This document shows, one piece after another, positions 37,660 to 47,247 of a stretch of 64,000 nt of DNA. A program made the position numbers and the translations under genes. The notes under the pieces were generated by a model. The model did not search any database. It had not been told where the DNA came from and saw only the letters and a program-made list of their open reading frames with translations. Source of the stretch: a virus (lineage: Duplodnaviria > Caudoviricetes); IMG/VR virus record IMGVR_UViG_3300031998_000010. The stretch is one strand, 5' to 3'. Within the stretch, counting starts at the first letter, position 1, and each line of letters starts with the position of its first letter.

Positions 37660-37860
37660 TTACAACGATAGATAATCATTCTTTCCGTCGTTGAAACCTT
37701 CACTATATCCATCTTCTTCAGCTTCTTGAATAAGCTGATTAAACAACTCAACGGCATCTGAACCTAATTTCTGCTCAATAATATTTCCAAATTCTACTCT
37801 ATCACTTGAATTTGATTCTGTAAAAAATTTATCGCCGTCTTTTGTTTCAAGATAGAACAT
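37660..37860 (-). CDS. Hypothetical protein
   Basis: 66 aa, AAGGAG RBS. Confidence 0.6.
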   Translation of the reverse strand: MFYLETKDGDKFFTESNSSDRVEFGNIIEQKLGSDAVELFNQLIQEAEEDGYSEGFNDGKNDYLSL

Positions 37861-37866
37861 ATAATT

Positions 37867-38097
37867 TTACTCCTTGCAGAAAATTTGTACATATTCTTCA
37901 AGATATTCAATGACACTCAAGTAAAATCTCTCACTTTTGTCATCATTTGACTCTCTTGCAGTTTTTGCTAGATTCTTTGTATGACGAATAAGTTCAGAAG
38001 TAGACTGAGATTTAGCAATCCCACAATACTGTGCTCTTGCAAGTGCATAGCCCTCTTCTAGGCCTTTGATGTATGCTTTTTCTGTTGCTCTAGCCAT
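37867..38097 (-). CDS. Hypothetical protein
   Basis: 76 aa, AGGAG RBS. Confidence 0.6.
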   Translation of the reverse strand: MARATEKAYIKGLEEGYALARAQYCGIAKSQSTSELIRHTKNLAKTARESNDDKSERFYLSVIEYLEEYVQIFCKE

Positions 38098-38155
38098 TTT
38101 AGTCTCCTGATATATAGATTATATATTTAAAGTAAGAATTGTCAATGGTTTGCTC

Positions 38156-38668
38156 TTACTGCTTATCAGAAAATTCTCCATATAATCTATGATAGTTTTC
38201 ATAATCTGTAGGAGCAAGAAATTTCCCTACACCTTCAAAATAGTCCAATGTAAACTTAAGTGCACGAGATATATATTCTTTATCTGAAATTGAGATATTT
38301 ACTGTAATTGTTCCGGCAGTGTCCTTGAGCGGAGTGTCATTGTTAACTATAGACTCTTCTTCAGCTTTGTAATAATTATAAGCAGAAGGTTCAGGAATTA
38401 TCTGCTTATTTTTCCTAGGTTCTGATTTACTTACAGCCTTAAAGTAAGAATCATACAAATCCTTATCGGGAATAACCTGATGAATTCTGTGGAATGTTTC
38501 TTCCTTAGGCAAATACTTGCCTGATGCATAATCAGAAATTGTTGTCCTATGAACGCCTACAACCTTCCCAAGACCCTTCATAGAAATTTTCTTATCTGAC
38601 ATCTTTTGTCTAAGGAGAGGTCCGAACTCGGTAGACTCCTCAGAATTATGCTTCTTAGTAATTATCAT
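38156..38668 (-). CDS. XRE-family HTH protein
   Basis: FGPLLRQKM...SMKGLGKVVGVHRTTISDYASGKYLP; start revised to MIITKK. Confidence 0.8.
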   Translation of the reverse strand: MIITKKHNSEESTEFGPLLRQKMSDKKISMKGLGKVVGVHRTTISDYASGKYLPKEETFHRIHQVIPDKDLYDSYFKAVSKSEPRKNKQIIPEPSAYNYYKAEEESIVNNDTPLKDTAGTITVNISISDKEYISRALKFTLDYFEGVGKFLAPTDYENYHRLYGEFSDKQ

Positions 38669-38768
38669 ATTGTAGTATCCTCCTAAATAATAAATGATAA
38701 CTACTTTAACGATTCGGACTTTCATAGAAAAGGCGACCTATTACAGGCCGCCAATCCTACGTTATTTA

Positions 38769-39215
38769 TCAAATCTTAGCGACAGCACCACTGAGGATAA
38801 TCCACTTATCCTCTCCAACTTTCGCCCAATTTCCTTTTACTTCGCTAACGATGAGCTTTGTTCCCTTAACATAAACTTTACCTTTCTGCTGGTCAAGTCC
38901 AGGTTTCTTGAATGTAAAAATTCCACTAGGTGATACTACTTGAATCTGATAGGAACTTTCTGTTTTTGGCTCTTCTTTAGCAGCCGGCTCAGTAGTAATT
39001 TCTACTACTTTCTTTCCTACAACCTCTACTTCAGGTTCAGATTTAACTCCCTCTACAGGAGCTTCCTCTACAGGTGTTTCTTCTACAGGAGCTTCCTCTA
39101 CCTTTTTCTTTGATGACTTCTTTGTAGTCTTCTTAGGGGCTTCCTCTACAACTTGTTCTGTAGCTTCAACTTCCTTGATTTCTTCTGTTACTTCTGTCTT
39201 CTTTTTAGTTGCCAT
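38769..39215 (-). CDS. Low-complexity E/K/P protein with C-terminal SH3b-like domain
   Basis: VEEAP repeats; KGTKLIVSEVKGNWAKVGEDKWI. Confidence 0.6.
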   Translation of the reverse strand: MATKKKTEVTEEIKEVEATEQVVEEAPKKTTKKSSKKKVEEAPVEETPVEEAPVEGVKSEPEVEVVGKKVVEITTEPAAKEEPKTESSYQIQVVSPSGIFTFKKPGLDQQKGKVYVKGTKLIVSEVKGNWAKVGEDKWIILSGAVAKI

Positions 39216-39231
39216 AATTAATTTCTCCTAT

Positions 39232-39447
39232 TTATATTAGCTTACCTATATATTCTTGTAAGTCAAAAAGAATTTCATATGCTTCCATGAGTGTAGCTAC
39301 TTCATCTTCACCAAGATAATCTTGAACTTCCTGAGGTGCTACACCGAAATTTGTTACTAAATTTCCAAGGTCATCTGCAACTTGCGAAGTATCCTCTTTC
39401 CAATACTTCAGATAAGATAAATGTCCTTCTCTACTCATATTATACAT
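39232..39447 (-). CDS. Hypothetical protein
   Basis: 71 aa, in operon. Confidence 0.55.
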   Translation of the reverse strand: MYNMSREGHLSYLKYWKEDTSQVADDLGNLVTNFGVAPQEVQDYLGEDEVATLMEAYEILFDLQEYIGKLI

Positions 39448-39811
39448 CTCCTTCTGTGAAGTCCCAAAGTTCTAAAGCTGCTTCAGCTTCTTCTCTAGAT
39501 ACAGTTAAACCGGATTTCTGACTTAAATATTTTCTTGCTTTATCAATATTAGGGCGGAGTGCAGTAGCTTCACTTGGATAAAGTTCCCAGTAACCATCAA
39601 GGAATCTACAAAGTTGCTTTGTCTTCTCATCACCCATTCTGGCAAACCAAGCATATCTTAACCAATCAGATAACTCATCTACTCTTGCATATCCATCTAA
39701 TTCAGATTTATCATTGATAGCTTCAAGAGTTTCATCATCCATATCTTCAAGTATGTCGATAACATCTCTCATTGCATCACAAAATTCTTCAATTTGACTA
39801 ATATCTCTCAT
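39440..39811 (-). CDS. Hypothetical protein
   Basis: 123 aa, in operon. Confidence 0.6.
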   Translation of the reverse strand: MRDISQIEEFCDAMRDVIDILEDMDDETLEAINDKSELDGYARVDELSDWLRYAWFARMGDEKTKQLCRFLDGYWELYPSEATALRPNIDKARKYLSQKSGLTVSREEAEAALELWDFTEGDV

Positions 39812-39815
39812 GGAT

Positions 39816-40205
39816 TTATCCTTTCTTATGTGGCCTATTGTCCCACAATATGTTTAATATTATTCTGATTCGAGACCTTCTAGGTTCGTCATGAACATCT
39901 TGATAATCATATATAAGGTGAAATTTTTTTAAGGATTCTTCATAAGACGCAATTATTGCTCTTTGTATCTCTTTATCGCTTATATATGAAATATAATCTT
40001 TAACTCTATCTAACCTGTGGTCAGGAAAGTCCTTTGGGTCAGGTACAAGCCCATTTGCTACATAATCGAGAGCACAAGCCGTAGTTATTCTGTTGTCTAG
40101 TGCTTCTGTTATTTCACGAGTATTTTCTGCCAATATCATAACAGCCACATAAGGGCCTACTTCAGTTGTTAATTGACGATATGTTGGACTCGCTGCTAAC
40201 GACAT
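39816..40205 (-). CDS. Hypothetical protein
   Basis: 129 aa, in operon. Confidence 0.6.
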   Translation of the reverse strand: MSLAASPTYRQLTTEVGPYVAVMILAENTREITEALDNRITTACALDYVANGLVPDPKDFPDHRLDRVKDYISYISDKEIQRAIIASYEESLKKFHLIYDYQDVHDEPRRSRIRIILNILWDNRPHKKG

Positions 40206-40208
40206 AAG

Positions 40209-40589
40209 TTATTCTTCAAAGTAGTCTGATGTTACTGCCCAATGCTCAAGACAACTAGAAACAATTTCTTCTAATTCTTCGTAATCTCCAATTGTTTCGC
40301 CCCATTTCTCCATGAAATCGCTAAATACAGGAGCTAATGCTTCTTCCATATCTGAATTTCTTGTAAATGCATCATAGCTTTCAGAAGCAAAGATTGCATC
40401 GTCGCAACCTAAAAGTTCACAAGCACAAACAGGATTAGGACAAGCACCCCAAACCTGGAGAATTTCATCTAAACTAAGATTAATGCCCTCTGATAAGAAG
40501 AATTCTTTTACATCTTTAGCAGACCATTTGGTCTTTCCGCTTTCGTCTATCTCTTGTGATAAATCTTCTGCAAGTTCATAAATATTCAT
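40209..40589 (-). CDS. Hypothetical acidic protein
   Basis: Start MNIYE; internal IFAS site. Confidence 0.6.
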   Translation of the reverse strand: MNIYELAEDLSQEIDESGKTKWSAKDVKEFFLSEGINLSLDEILQVWGACPNPVCACELLGCDDAIFASESYDAFTRNSDMEEALAPVFSDFMEKWGETIGDYEELEEIVSSCLEHWAVTSDYFEE

Positions 40590-40729
40590 CTTTTTGCACC
40601 TTCTCACTTTATTAATCTAGGTCTTAAAACCCAATTACGCCTATCCATATTAAATCTTTTATCATACTGAATTTTCATTTGCAAGATTGCAAACATATTC
40701 ATTTACACCAATTAAATAATCCAAATCTA

Positions 40730-40858
40730 TCATCGCCCAAGTACTCTCATTGCTTTAGCATACTTCTTTGCAATCGGGGCAGCATCATTATATCCTCTTT
40801 TTTGAGAATCATTCATAATAGGTTTGTTACTGTTCTTAGGCCTTATATACCTCTTCAC
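40730..40858 (-). CDS. Small basic protein (GTG start, 42 aa)
   Basis: MKRYIRPKN...AKKYAKAMRVLGR. Confidence 0.4.
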   Translation of the reverse strand: MKRYIRPKNSNKPIMNDSQKRGYNDAAPIAKKYAKAMRVLGR

Positions 40859-40904
40859 ACTTCCTGCCTCTCTAAGAAATAATTCAACTGCTTGTTCCAA
40901 TATC

Positions 40905-41132
40905 TCAAAGTTTAAGTATAAGCACACCGTTCTCATCTGTAAGAGTAAGGTATGTTGAACCATAATCTTCAAATTCACCGTCGTGATAGTAATAATCACT
41001 TAATTCAGCTACTGTAGTAATATCTTCGGGGAAACTAAAAAGAAAACGACGAATAAACTGCACGACTTGATTATCATTCATTAATCTAACATTGATTCCA
41101 TCTTTGGTAGTATATGCCAAAATATATCTCAT
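40905..41132 (-). CDS. Hypothetical protein
   Basis: 75 aa, AGGAGG RBS. Confidence 0.55.
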   Translation of the reverse strand: MRYILAYTTKDGINVRLMNDNQVVQFIRRFLFSFPEDITTVAELSDYYYHDGEFEDYGSTYLTLTDENGVLILKL

Positions 41133-41133
41133 A

Positions 41134-42888
41134 TTATTCCTCCTGATTCTTTACAAAATAATTCATTTGTTTATTCCAATACCTAATCCATTCATCTAAT
41201 GTACTCTGAACATCTGATGTCTGGTTAGGATATGCATAATCAATGCAATCTAAATACATATTTACTAACGATTTGATTGTCTCAAGGCTACCCTGGAATT
41301 CATATTTTTGAACCGGAACATAATCACAAGGAAAGTCTAACTGCGGAACTGTGCCTTGTTTCTCTACAAGTAATTCACCCAATGTATCAATCTCTTCGAT
41401 AAGTTCCTTATACATGTCTTCTGCTAAGATATGTAATTTCATCATATCATTTCCAGATGACATCCAATGTATTATGTAGAGATTTCTATAGGCTCTGATT
41501 GCTGCTTTGAATACTTCGCATAAACTAGCACAAGGGTCACATTCACAAGCTTCACAAGGCTCAATATCAAAGCCTTCGTCATCTACTTCAATAGTAAATG
41601 ATTGAGGCTCTTCTGTTAATACAGAAATAAAGTCATCTTGATTAATTATCTCATCAATATCGCTTAAAGTTTCGCTAGGTTGATAATTAGAATTTAATGC
41701 TAATATTGATAAGTCATCAGATGCTTGAACCTTCTTTAGTGTTATACTGATATGCTTACTGCTGTTCAAATCTTCATCGCCTCCATTCGGATTTCCTGAA
41801 CCATCGTCGGAAGGATTTCCTTGGTCGTCGGGAGGATTGCCCTCACCATTTTGGTCTCCTTCTTCCTCAGATTCTTCATATTTTGCATTGTGGTCTATAA
41901 TAGTATCTAAAGATGTTTCTTCGTTAAGTTTCTTTTGATACAAATCACGTAACTGAGCTTGTATCTCTATTAATATAGGCAATACAAGAACATTAGCAAT
42001 ACGTTCTGTATTTTGTTCATTAGCCTTCTTTTCTTCAGCACTCAATTGCTCAGCTACTATAGCTTCTTTATCAATTTGAGTAGATTCATTTACTTCAGAA
42101 GGTTTATGACGAGATTCAACAAATGCAATATATTTTGATACCCATTTTGCACAATCAATTAATTTCTGATTAGTTACTTTTCCTGCGTCATCATTAGCAG
42201 TTTCACACATCAATGTATATCTTAATTCTCTAGTTGCTATTGACTTCCAATATCCTACTTTCACGTATCCTTGAGTTTGAAAGTCTTTTTGAGCTACTTT
42301 TTGCAAGTTAACCCCAAGGAAACCTCCCTCAACTCCTCCATCAGCTCCCTTCTTCATAGCTGTAGCTAATGAAATATCACCTACATATTGTCCATTGTCA
42401 AGTTTTAGAGCAGTGTCACCGATAAGAAATTTAAGTTTAGTAACAACATCTTTTGACTTTATGTGCACCTGTCCGGACTGTTGAGCTTTTTGCTTTGCTT
42501 TTTGATTCTTTTTTCTTTGATTTCTAGAACGAGCTTCTATTTCAGTAGAAGCACTTGCTTCGTCATCGATATCTTCATCATCGGGATTAGTAGGAACTTC
42601 CTCATCTTTGTTAATTCCACTAAATAATGAATTATAGTCTAAGTTATTGATTACATTTGTATATTGCTTAAAAACACTACCAACATTTGTAGCAGTTAAA
42701 TCTACTCTAACGTCAACTTTTTCTCCGTTGATGTCAGTAGTAATGACCATAGAGTTTGTAACTCCGCCTTGACGCTCAGTAACTTTGTTATTTGTAACTG
42801 AATAACCGTCAATAAAATTATCAAATAATTTGAATAGTTTAGATATTATAGATTTTATACCATTCAATGCAGATGACTCATTTGCCAT
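41134..42888 (-). CDS. Multidomain protein with C-terminal Dps/ferritin-like domain
   Basis: NLYIIHWMSSG...KLHILAEDMYKELIEEIDTLGE matches the Dps HW...H...(D/E)..Y.....D...E pattern. Confidence 0.7.
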   Translation of the reverse strand: MANESSALNGIKSIISKLFKLFDNFIDGYSVTNNKVTERQGGVTNSMVITTDINGEKVDVRVDLTATNVGSVFKQYTNVINNLDYNSLFSGINKDEEVPTNPDDEDIDDEASASTEIEARSRNQRKKNQKAKQKAQQSGQVHIKSKDVVTKLKFLIGDTALKLDNGQYVGDISLATAMKKGADGGVEGGFLGVNLQKVAQKDFQTQGYVKVGYWKSIATRELRYTLMCETANDDAGKVTNQKLIDCAKWVSKYIAFVESRHKPSEVNESTQIDKEAIVAEQLSAEEKKANEQNTERIANVLVLPILIEIQAQLRDLYQKKLNEETSLDTIIDHNAKYEESEEEGDQNGEGNPPDDQGNPSDDGSGNPNGGDEDLNSSKHISITLKKVQASDDLSILALNSNYQPSETLSDIDEIINQDDFISVLTEEPQSFTIEVDDEGFDIEPCEACECDPCASLCEVFKAAIRAYRNLYIIHWMSSGNDMMKLHILAEDMYKELIEEIDTLGELLVEKQGTVPQLDFPCDYVPVQKYEFQGSLETIKSLVNMYLDCIDYAYPNQTSDVQSTLDEWIRYWNKQMNYFVKNQEE

Positions 42889-42917
42889 GTCTGATATCCT
42901 CTAAATCTTAAGTAAAC

Positions 42918-42953
42918 AGCCCTGTAGGCAATATCAATAATCACCTACAGGGC
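42918..42953 (-). terminator. Intrinsic terminator
   Basis: GCCCTGTAGG/CCTACAGGGC stem then TGTTT. Confidence 0.65.
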
Positions 42954-42981
42954 CGATGCTGAGTTAAGTAACTTCTAGAAA

Positions 42982-43419
42982 TTACTTGCGATTGCGAAGT
43001 CTGCGGGAAGCAGAAACTCTCTTAGCCCTCTGCATTCTACGAGCTGCTGCAATCTTACGACCACGAACTCTTGTAGACTCCTCAACAATCTCTTCGTCAC
43101 CCTCAGGTGTAACGGTGATTTCTTCCTCACCTACTGTGAAAGTAACTTCTGTTGTCTCATCATCTACTGTGTAGTCAACAGGCTCACCTGTGACCTCTGC
43201 AAGAACCTCTGCAACGTCCTCAACCTCAAAAAGAAGCTCGGACTCTTCAGCCGGAACATCATCGGGAATATCACCACCAAAGTCCTCTTCAACTTCCTCG
43301 AAATCATCAACTTCTTCGATTTCGTCGTCGGACTTGATAGGTCTACGAGATGCACGGACGGGGCGTCTTGCGGAAGTAGCTAATCTTCTGCTTGCACGTA
43401 CTGTCTTTGTTGTCTTCAT
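42982..43419 (-). CDS. Basic-acidic-basic protein, putative prohead core/internal protein
   Basis: Arg-rich ends with VRAS, VRAS, IAAA, VSAS sites; acidic centre. Confidence 0.55.
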   Translation of the reverse strand: MKTTKTVRASRRLATSARRPVRASRRPIKSDDEIEEVDDFEEVEEDFGGDIPDDVPAEESELLFEVEDVAEVLAEVTGEPVDYTVDDETTEVTFTVGEEEITVTPEGDEEIVEESTRVRGRKIAAARRMQRAKRVSASRRLRNRK

Positions 43420-43437
43420 AGTTTTATTTCTCCTTAA

Positions 43438-44148
43438 TTAATTAAGTGCGACTAATTTGTTCTTTTTCGCCTCAAGTTCTGTCCTTATTGCTTCTAATTC
43501 TGCATTAGCTTCAGTTAATAAGGTTTCACCGTCTAGTGCGACATTTGAACCATCTACCCTGTACTTGCTCCTTGTTCGGCCTAATGACTTCTTCATTAAA
43601 GCTTCAGACATTCTTACCAGATAATCTATCCAAGTATCGCTAACTATTTCACTGACATCTTGATAATCAGGAACATATGTTATTGTTACTTGAGTAGGAA
43701 CTGGTTCGCGATGAGCTACATAAACAACTTGATTATCTACATCGTGTTTCCACTGGAAATCAGTAGATAAAGTATTTCTAACTTGAGCCATCGCCATCTC
43801 AGTCATGATAGGGTCAATATTCAATGAAGAAGTTTGACCTATCGCTGAATAAGTATTGACTGCGGCTGCTACTTGAAATACATTTCCGCTGTCGATGGAG
43901 CTCATTACGAGACCAACCCTTGGATAAGCACATTGAACGTTTAAGACTTTTTTCGTCTTTATTCCTAATGCAACAAGGTCAACCCTATGTTGAAAAGGAA
44001 TTGTCAAGTCGACAGGTGTCTTCATATAACGCTTTAATTCACGAAATGCAATGAGTACTGCTTGTTCGATTTGCATCTCCTCAATATTACTATTGGCAGG
44101 CATACCGAGCATAAAGCTTACTTGCTGTACTATCTCTTGCATCGTCAT
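43438..44148 (-). CDS. Head-tail adaptor/neck protein (T4 gp13-like)
   Basis: WI.Y...EALMKKSLGRTRSKY......LDGETLLTEANAE fits the gp13-like C-terminal pattern. Confidence 0.65.
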   Translation of the reverse strand: MTMQEIVQQVSFMLGMPANSNIEEMQIEQAVLIAFRELKRYMKTPVDLTIPFQHRVDLVALGIKTKKVLNVQCAYPRVGLVMSSIDSGNVFQVAAAVNTYSAIGQTSSLNIDPIMTEMAMAQVRNTLSTDFQWKHDVDNQVVYVAHREPVPTQVTITYVPDYQDVSEIVSDTWIDYLVRMSEALMKKSLGRTRSKYRVDGSNVALDGETLLTEANAELEAIRTELEAKKNKLVALN

Positions 44149-44177
44149 GATTAGATGTTATCCTTAGTATTTAAAGA

Positions 44178-44525
44178 TTAAGTACCGGAAGAAGCGCCTG
44201 CAAACTCAAAACCCTGGTCCTTAAGAGCAGGAGCAATCTCGCCAACATACTGAACATCAGCATCTGTTGCTTCCCAATCATAGGAACCAGCACGCATTGC
44301 AGCACGAAGAGCAGCAATGAGACCGGGATGAGCTACCTGAGCATTGAAGAATTCCTCAGGTGTCATGCCTGCACCGTAACCAGGAACATTTGTGTCATAA
44401 TAAGTGCCGTCAAAAACTGCATTATCGCAAGCAGCATTAGCAGGAACATAAGTAGCACAAATCTGTGAAGCAGGTACTACACTCTCATCAACGGGCTTTG
44501 TATAAGTAATGGTGATTGTAGCCAT
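44178..44525 (-). CDS. Small, probably abundant structural protein
   Basis: MATITITY..., AAGGAGG RBS, motif B upstream, capsid-like codon usage. Confidence 0.55.
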   Translation of the reverse strand: MATITITYTKPVDESVVPASQICATYVPANAACDNAVFDGTYYDTNVPGYGAGMTPEEFFNAQVAHPGLIAALRAAMRAGSYDWEATDADVQYVGEIAPALKDQGFEFAGASSGT

Positions 44526-44633
44526 GACTTTTGCCTCCTTATAAGATAAAAAATTTGATAGTTCCTTGATGACCGGTCAAGGATAGCAAATTTCACTTCT
44601 ACCTATATTTAAGGTTATTTTTATTTCATAGAT

Positions 44634-44661
44634 GTAGCCGAGGCATTTCTGTCTCGGCTAC
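44634..44661 (-). terminator. Intrinsic terminator-like hairpin
   Basis: GTAGCCGAG/CTCGGCTAC stem. Confidence 0.6.
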
Positions 44662-44690
44662 AAAGGAAAGAAAGTAAAAGTGGGAAAGAA

Positions 44691-45092
44691 TTAGTCAAAA
44701 TTTGCGTGGTCTAATAAGTATTCTAAGCATTTTTCATCATAATCATAATCCCAAAACATGTCTTCAGCATTCTGACATTGTTCTAAACAAAAATCCATAT
44801 ATGATTCTGTGTTCTCTATATCAGAAGGCGCAGCTAAGTCATAAAAATTCTTTGCGTCTTGAGTCCTTAGATACTTGTCTACTATACTCCAGAAATCTCC
44901 ATATACCCAATCACTAATTATGTTACCAGGTACGGTGCAAGAAGCAGGAACCATGTAATATCTATCTACATCTGACCACTTCGGAACATCTCCATCGACT
45001 ATTTCATCATCAAATGTCTTTGAAAGTCCTTGTGATACATACTGGCTTACTGCTTCATCTTCAATTAATTGTATGTCTGAAAAACTCAACAT
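44691..45092 (-). CDS. Hypothetical acidic protein
   Basis: 133 aa. Confidence 0.6.
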   Translation of the reverse strand: MLSFSDIQLIEDEAVSQYVSQGLSKTFDDEIVDGDVPKWSDVDRYYMVPASCTVPGNIISDWVYGDFWSIVDKYLRTQDAKNFYDLAAPSDIENTESYMDFCLEQCQNAEDMFWDYDYDEKCLEYLLDHANFD

Positions 45093-45095
45093 ATG

Positions 45096-45488
45096 TTATT
45101 CCTTTACTAAAAAACTGACGATATCAAAATCATCTAATGCTTCTGTTTGAGCAGCTTCAATTGCTCCGTATTCATCCTCAGCATCTACTGTATATGTAGT
45201 ATCTGTTCCATTGTATCCTGCAAAGTCAAAAGTTACTTCCCAAACATCTTCATCTAACGATTCTGTTTCTTGTATGCCTAACTCATCAATGAGTTCATAC
45301 ATGTAATCAGTTAGAAGAATTCCTTTTAAACAATCTTTGCTACAATTACTTGGACCTTCAACTTCAATTGTAGTTGTTGAATCTATGTATCCGTTGAAAG
45401 ATATTTCTACTTCATAAGTAACTGTTTTAGGCTCAGTTATTTTATAGCCACGAGATTCTAAATATTTTATCATCTCTTTGATTGACAT
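45096..45488 (-). CDS. Hypothetical protein with internal duplication
   Basis: YEVEISFNGYIDSTTT and WEVTFDFAGYNGTDTT. Confidence 0.6.
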   Translation of the reverse strand: MSIKEMIKYLESRGYKITEPKTVTYEVEISFNGYIDSTTTIEVEGPSNCSKDCLKGILLTDYMYELIDELGIQETESLDEDVWEVTFDFAGYNGTDTTYTVDAEDEYGAIEAAQTEALDDFDIVSFLVKE

Positions 45489-45491
45489 TGT

Positions 45492-45752
45492 TTACATCTC
45501 CGGTTCAGGTGCACTTGTGTCATCAAGAAGTTCACTGATTTCACCAATTGCATCTTGAATAGCAGCAGACAACTTATCCATTATATCAAGAGCATCCTGA
45601 CAATTTCCATCTCTGCAAAGCTTATCAAATCCAGACATTGCATAATCAAAATCATCTGCAAGAGCGTCGCCTTGTTCTTCCACAAGCTCTTCGAGTGTGA
45701 GCTTATTTTCATCTTCGGCTGCAACGATTTTCTTGTTACGTGAAACTTTCAT
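45492..45752 (-). CDS. Acidic protein with leader MKVSRNKKIVAA
   Basis: Leader motif. Confidence 0.65.
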   Translation of the reverse strand: MKVSRNKKIVAAEDENKLTLEELVEEQGDALADDFDYAMSGFDKLCRDGNCQDALDIMDKLSAAIQDAIGEISELLDDTSAPEPEM

Positions 45753-45754
45753 CT

Positions 45755-46111
45755 TTATTCCTCCAAATATTCTGTAAATTCGGGATTAGCATTCTCACAT
45801 TCGTCAATCCACTTGACTATAAGATTGAACCAATTATCTATGTTTCCTGCGTCATAATCAGCTTTGTAATCTTGTGCATCGTCGTAAAATTCTGTTCCAT
45901 TTACATCAAATGCATATTGTACACATTGAAAAATTAATCTATCAGGAAGTACAAATACTCGATATACATTGTGATGATTTATTTTAAATGAATAACAATA
46001 GCCATCATACGCGTCTGTTTTAGCAATGAGTCTATCGCCTAAATAATCAAGAAGTTGTCTGTCTACTGTTCCTATAACTGAATCTGTAGTTGCTTTAATG
46101 TAGAATCTCAT
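45755..46111 (-). CDS. Protein with leader MRFYIKAT
   Basis: Leader motif. Confidence 0.65.
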   Translation of the reverse strand: MRFYIKATTDSVIGTVDRQLLDYLGDRLIAKTDAYDGYCYSFKINHHNVYRVFVLPDRLIFQCVQYAFDVNGTEFYDDAQDYKADYDAGNIDNWFNLIVKWIDECENANPEFTEYLEE

Positions 46112-46126
46112 AAATTCACCTCATTT

Positions 46127-46438
46127 TTATATCAAACGATAATTAGGAATGTAGGTATAGTAATGATATAGCTCAGGACCCCAATCAGAACCTGTGTCCT
46201 CAAGCTCTTCACTTTCATACTTAAGTATTTCGAAATTCTCTTTGATAATATACTCAGACCTTAACAAATCATGCTTCCAATCGCCACAGACATAAATATC
46301 AATGATTCCAATTTCAGGGATAGGTTCGTAAATTCTAACACCATAAGGCTCTACATCATTAATTCCTTCATTCTGAAGAAGTGAAATCATTTCATCTTGG
46401 ATATCATATAGTATATGAATTTTATCTTGGTTATTCAT
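46127..46438 (-). CDS. Hypothetical protein
   Basis: Start MNNQD; GDWKHD motif; motif B at 46485. Confidence 0.6.
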   Translation of the reverse strand: MNNQDKIHILYDIQDEMISLLQNEGINDVEPYGVRIYEPIPEIGIIDIYVCGDWKHDLLRSEYIIKENFEILKYESEELEDTGSDWGPELYHYYTYIPNYRLI

Positions 46439-46484
46439 AATGTATACTCCTATAATAAGCACTATCAAAGTATAGATAAATATA

Positions 46485-46645
46485 AATAAGGTTTACATCT
46501 GTAATAACGATACAACCATGAATCGTTATAACTTTATAAATAATTATTAATATATATTAATATTTTGTCTTAACTATTGATGCTCAAGTTTTACATTCAG
46601 AAGGTCTTTTTAGTAAATTTCATAAACGAAGATATACAATCGTTA
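46485..46645. promoter_or_regulatory. Divergent promoter region (motif B leftward; motif A rightward at 46521 and 46638)
   Basis: Motif orientation follows gene orientation; very AT-rich. Confidence 0.6.
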
Positions 46646-46713
46646 ATATCTATATATAATAATTTATGAAATTTATATTTTATAGGTAAATATATTTATG
46701 AGGAGGACTGAGT

Positions 46714-46914
46714 ATGAATCCCGATGACCTCAACAATGATAACAAGAAATCTCATTTTGAGTATTCAACAGACGGAATCCATTTCAAGCCTATAGGGGCT
46801 GAAAATGAAATGAGTTTTGAAGATGCAATTTGTTTAAGTGTCAGCCTTTCAGAGGAAGATGCTGCTAGATTATGGGCAGCTCTTGACCCGCTAGAAATTA
46901 TAGGAGGTGATTGA
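46714..46914 (+). CDS. Hypothetical protein
   Basis: GAGGAGG RBS. Confidence 0.6.
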   Translation: MNPDDLNNDNKKSHFEYSTDGIHFKPIGAENEMSFEDAICLSVSLSEEDAARLWAALDPLEIIGGD

Positions 46915-47247
46915 ATGATAACTACAGCAGTATCTGATTGCACAAGCAATCATGTAAACTACACAGACTCAACAAAGTATTGCTCAATTTCAAGAGGTGA
47001 TAGTACCGGAGATATTATTTCAATTACAACTACAGGCACATCTCCAATATGGTATACAAATACAACTACAACAAATCGCTATACTATTAGCTCTCCACCG
47101 ATTACCATACAAGATGCTCTCAATAGAATCGAAAAGCGGAGATATCATTGCATCTACTGCGGAACAGAATACATTGAAGAAAAAGAAGGATTTATTCCCA
47201 ACTGCAAAAATTGCGGAGCTATATTGAGGCATAAAGAAAATGATTGA
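46915..47247 (+). CDS. Zn-ribbon protein
   Basis: CIYCG...CKNCG; AGGAGG RBS. Confidence 0.6.
   Translation: MITTAVSDCTSNHVNYTDSTKYCSISRGDSTGDIISITTTGTSPIWYTNTTTTNRYTISSPPITIQDALNRIEKRRYHCIYCGTEYIEEKEGFIPNCKNCGAILRHKEND

Noticed and set aside
46490-46700. Replication origin
   Set aside because: AT-rich but no iterons seen; adequately explained as a divergent promoter region
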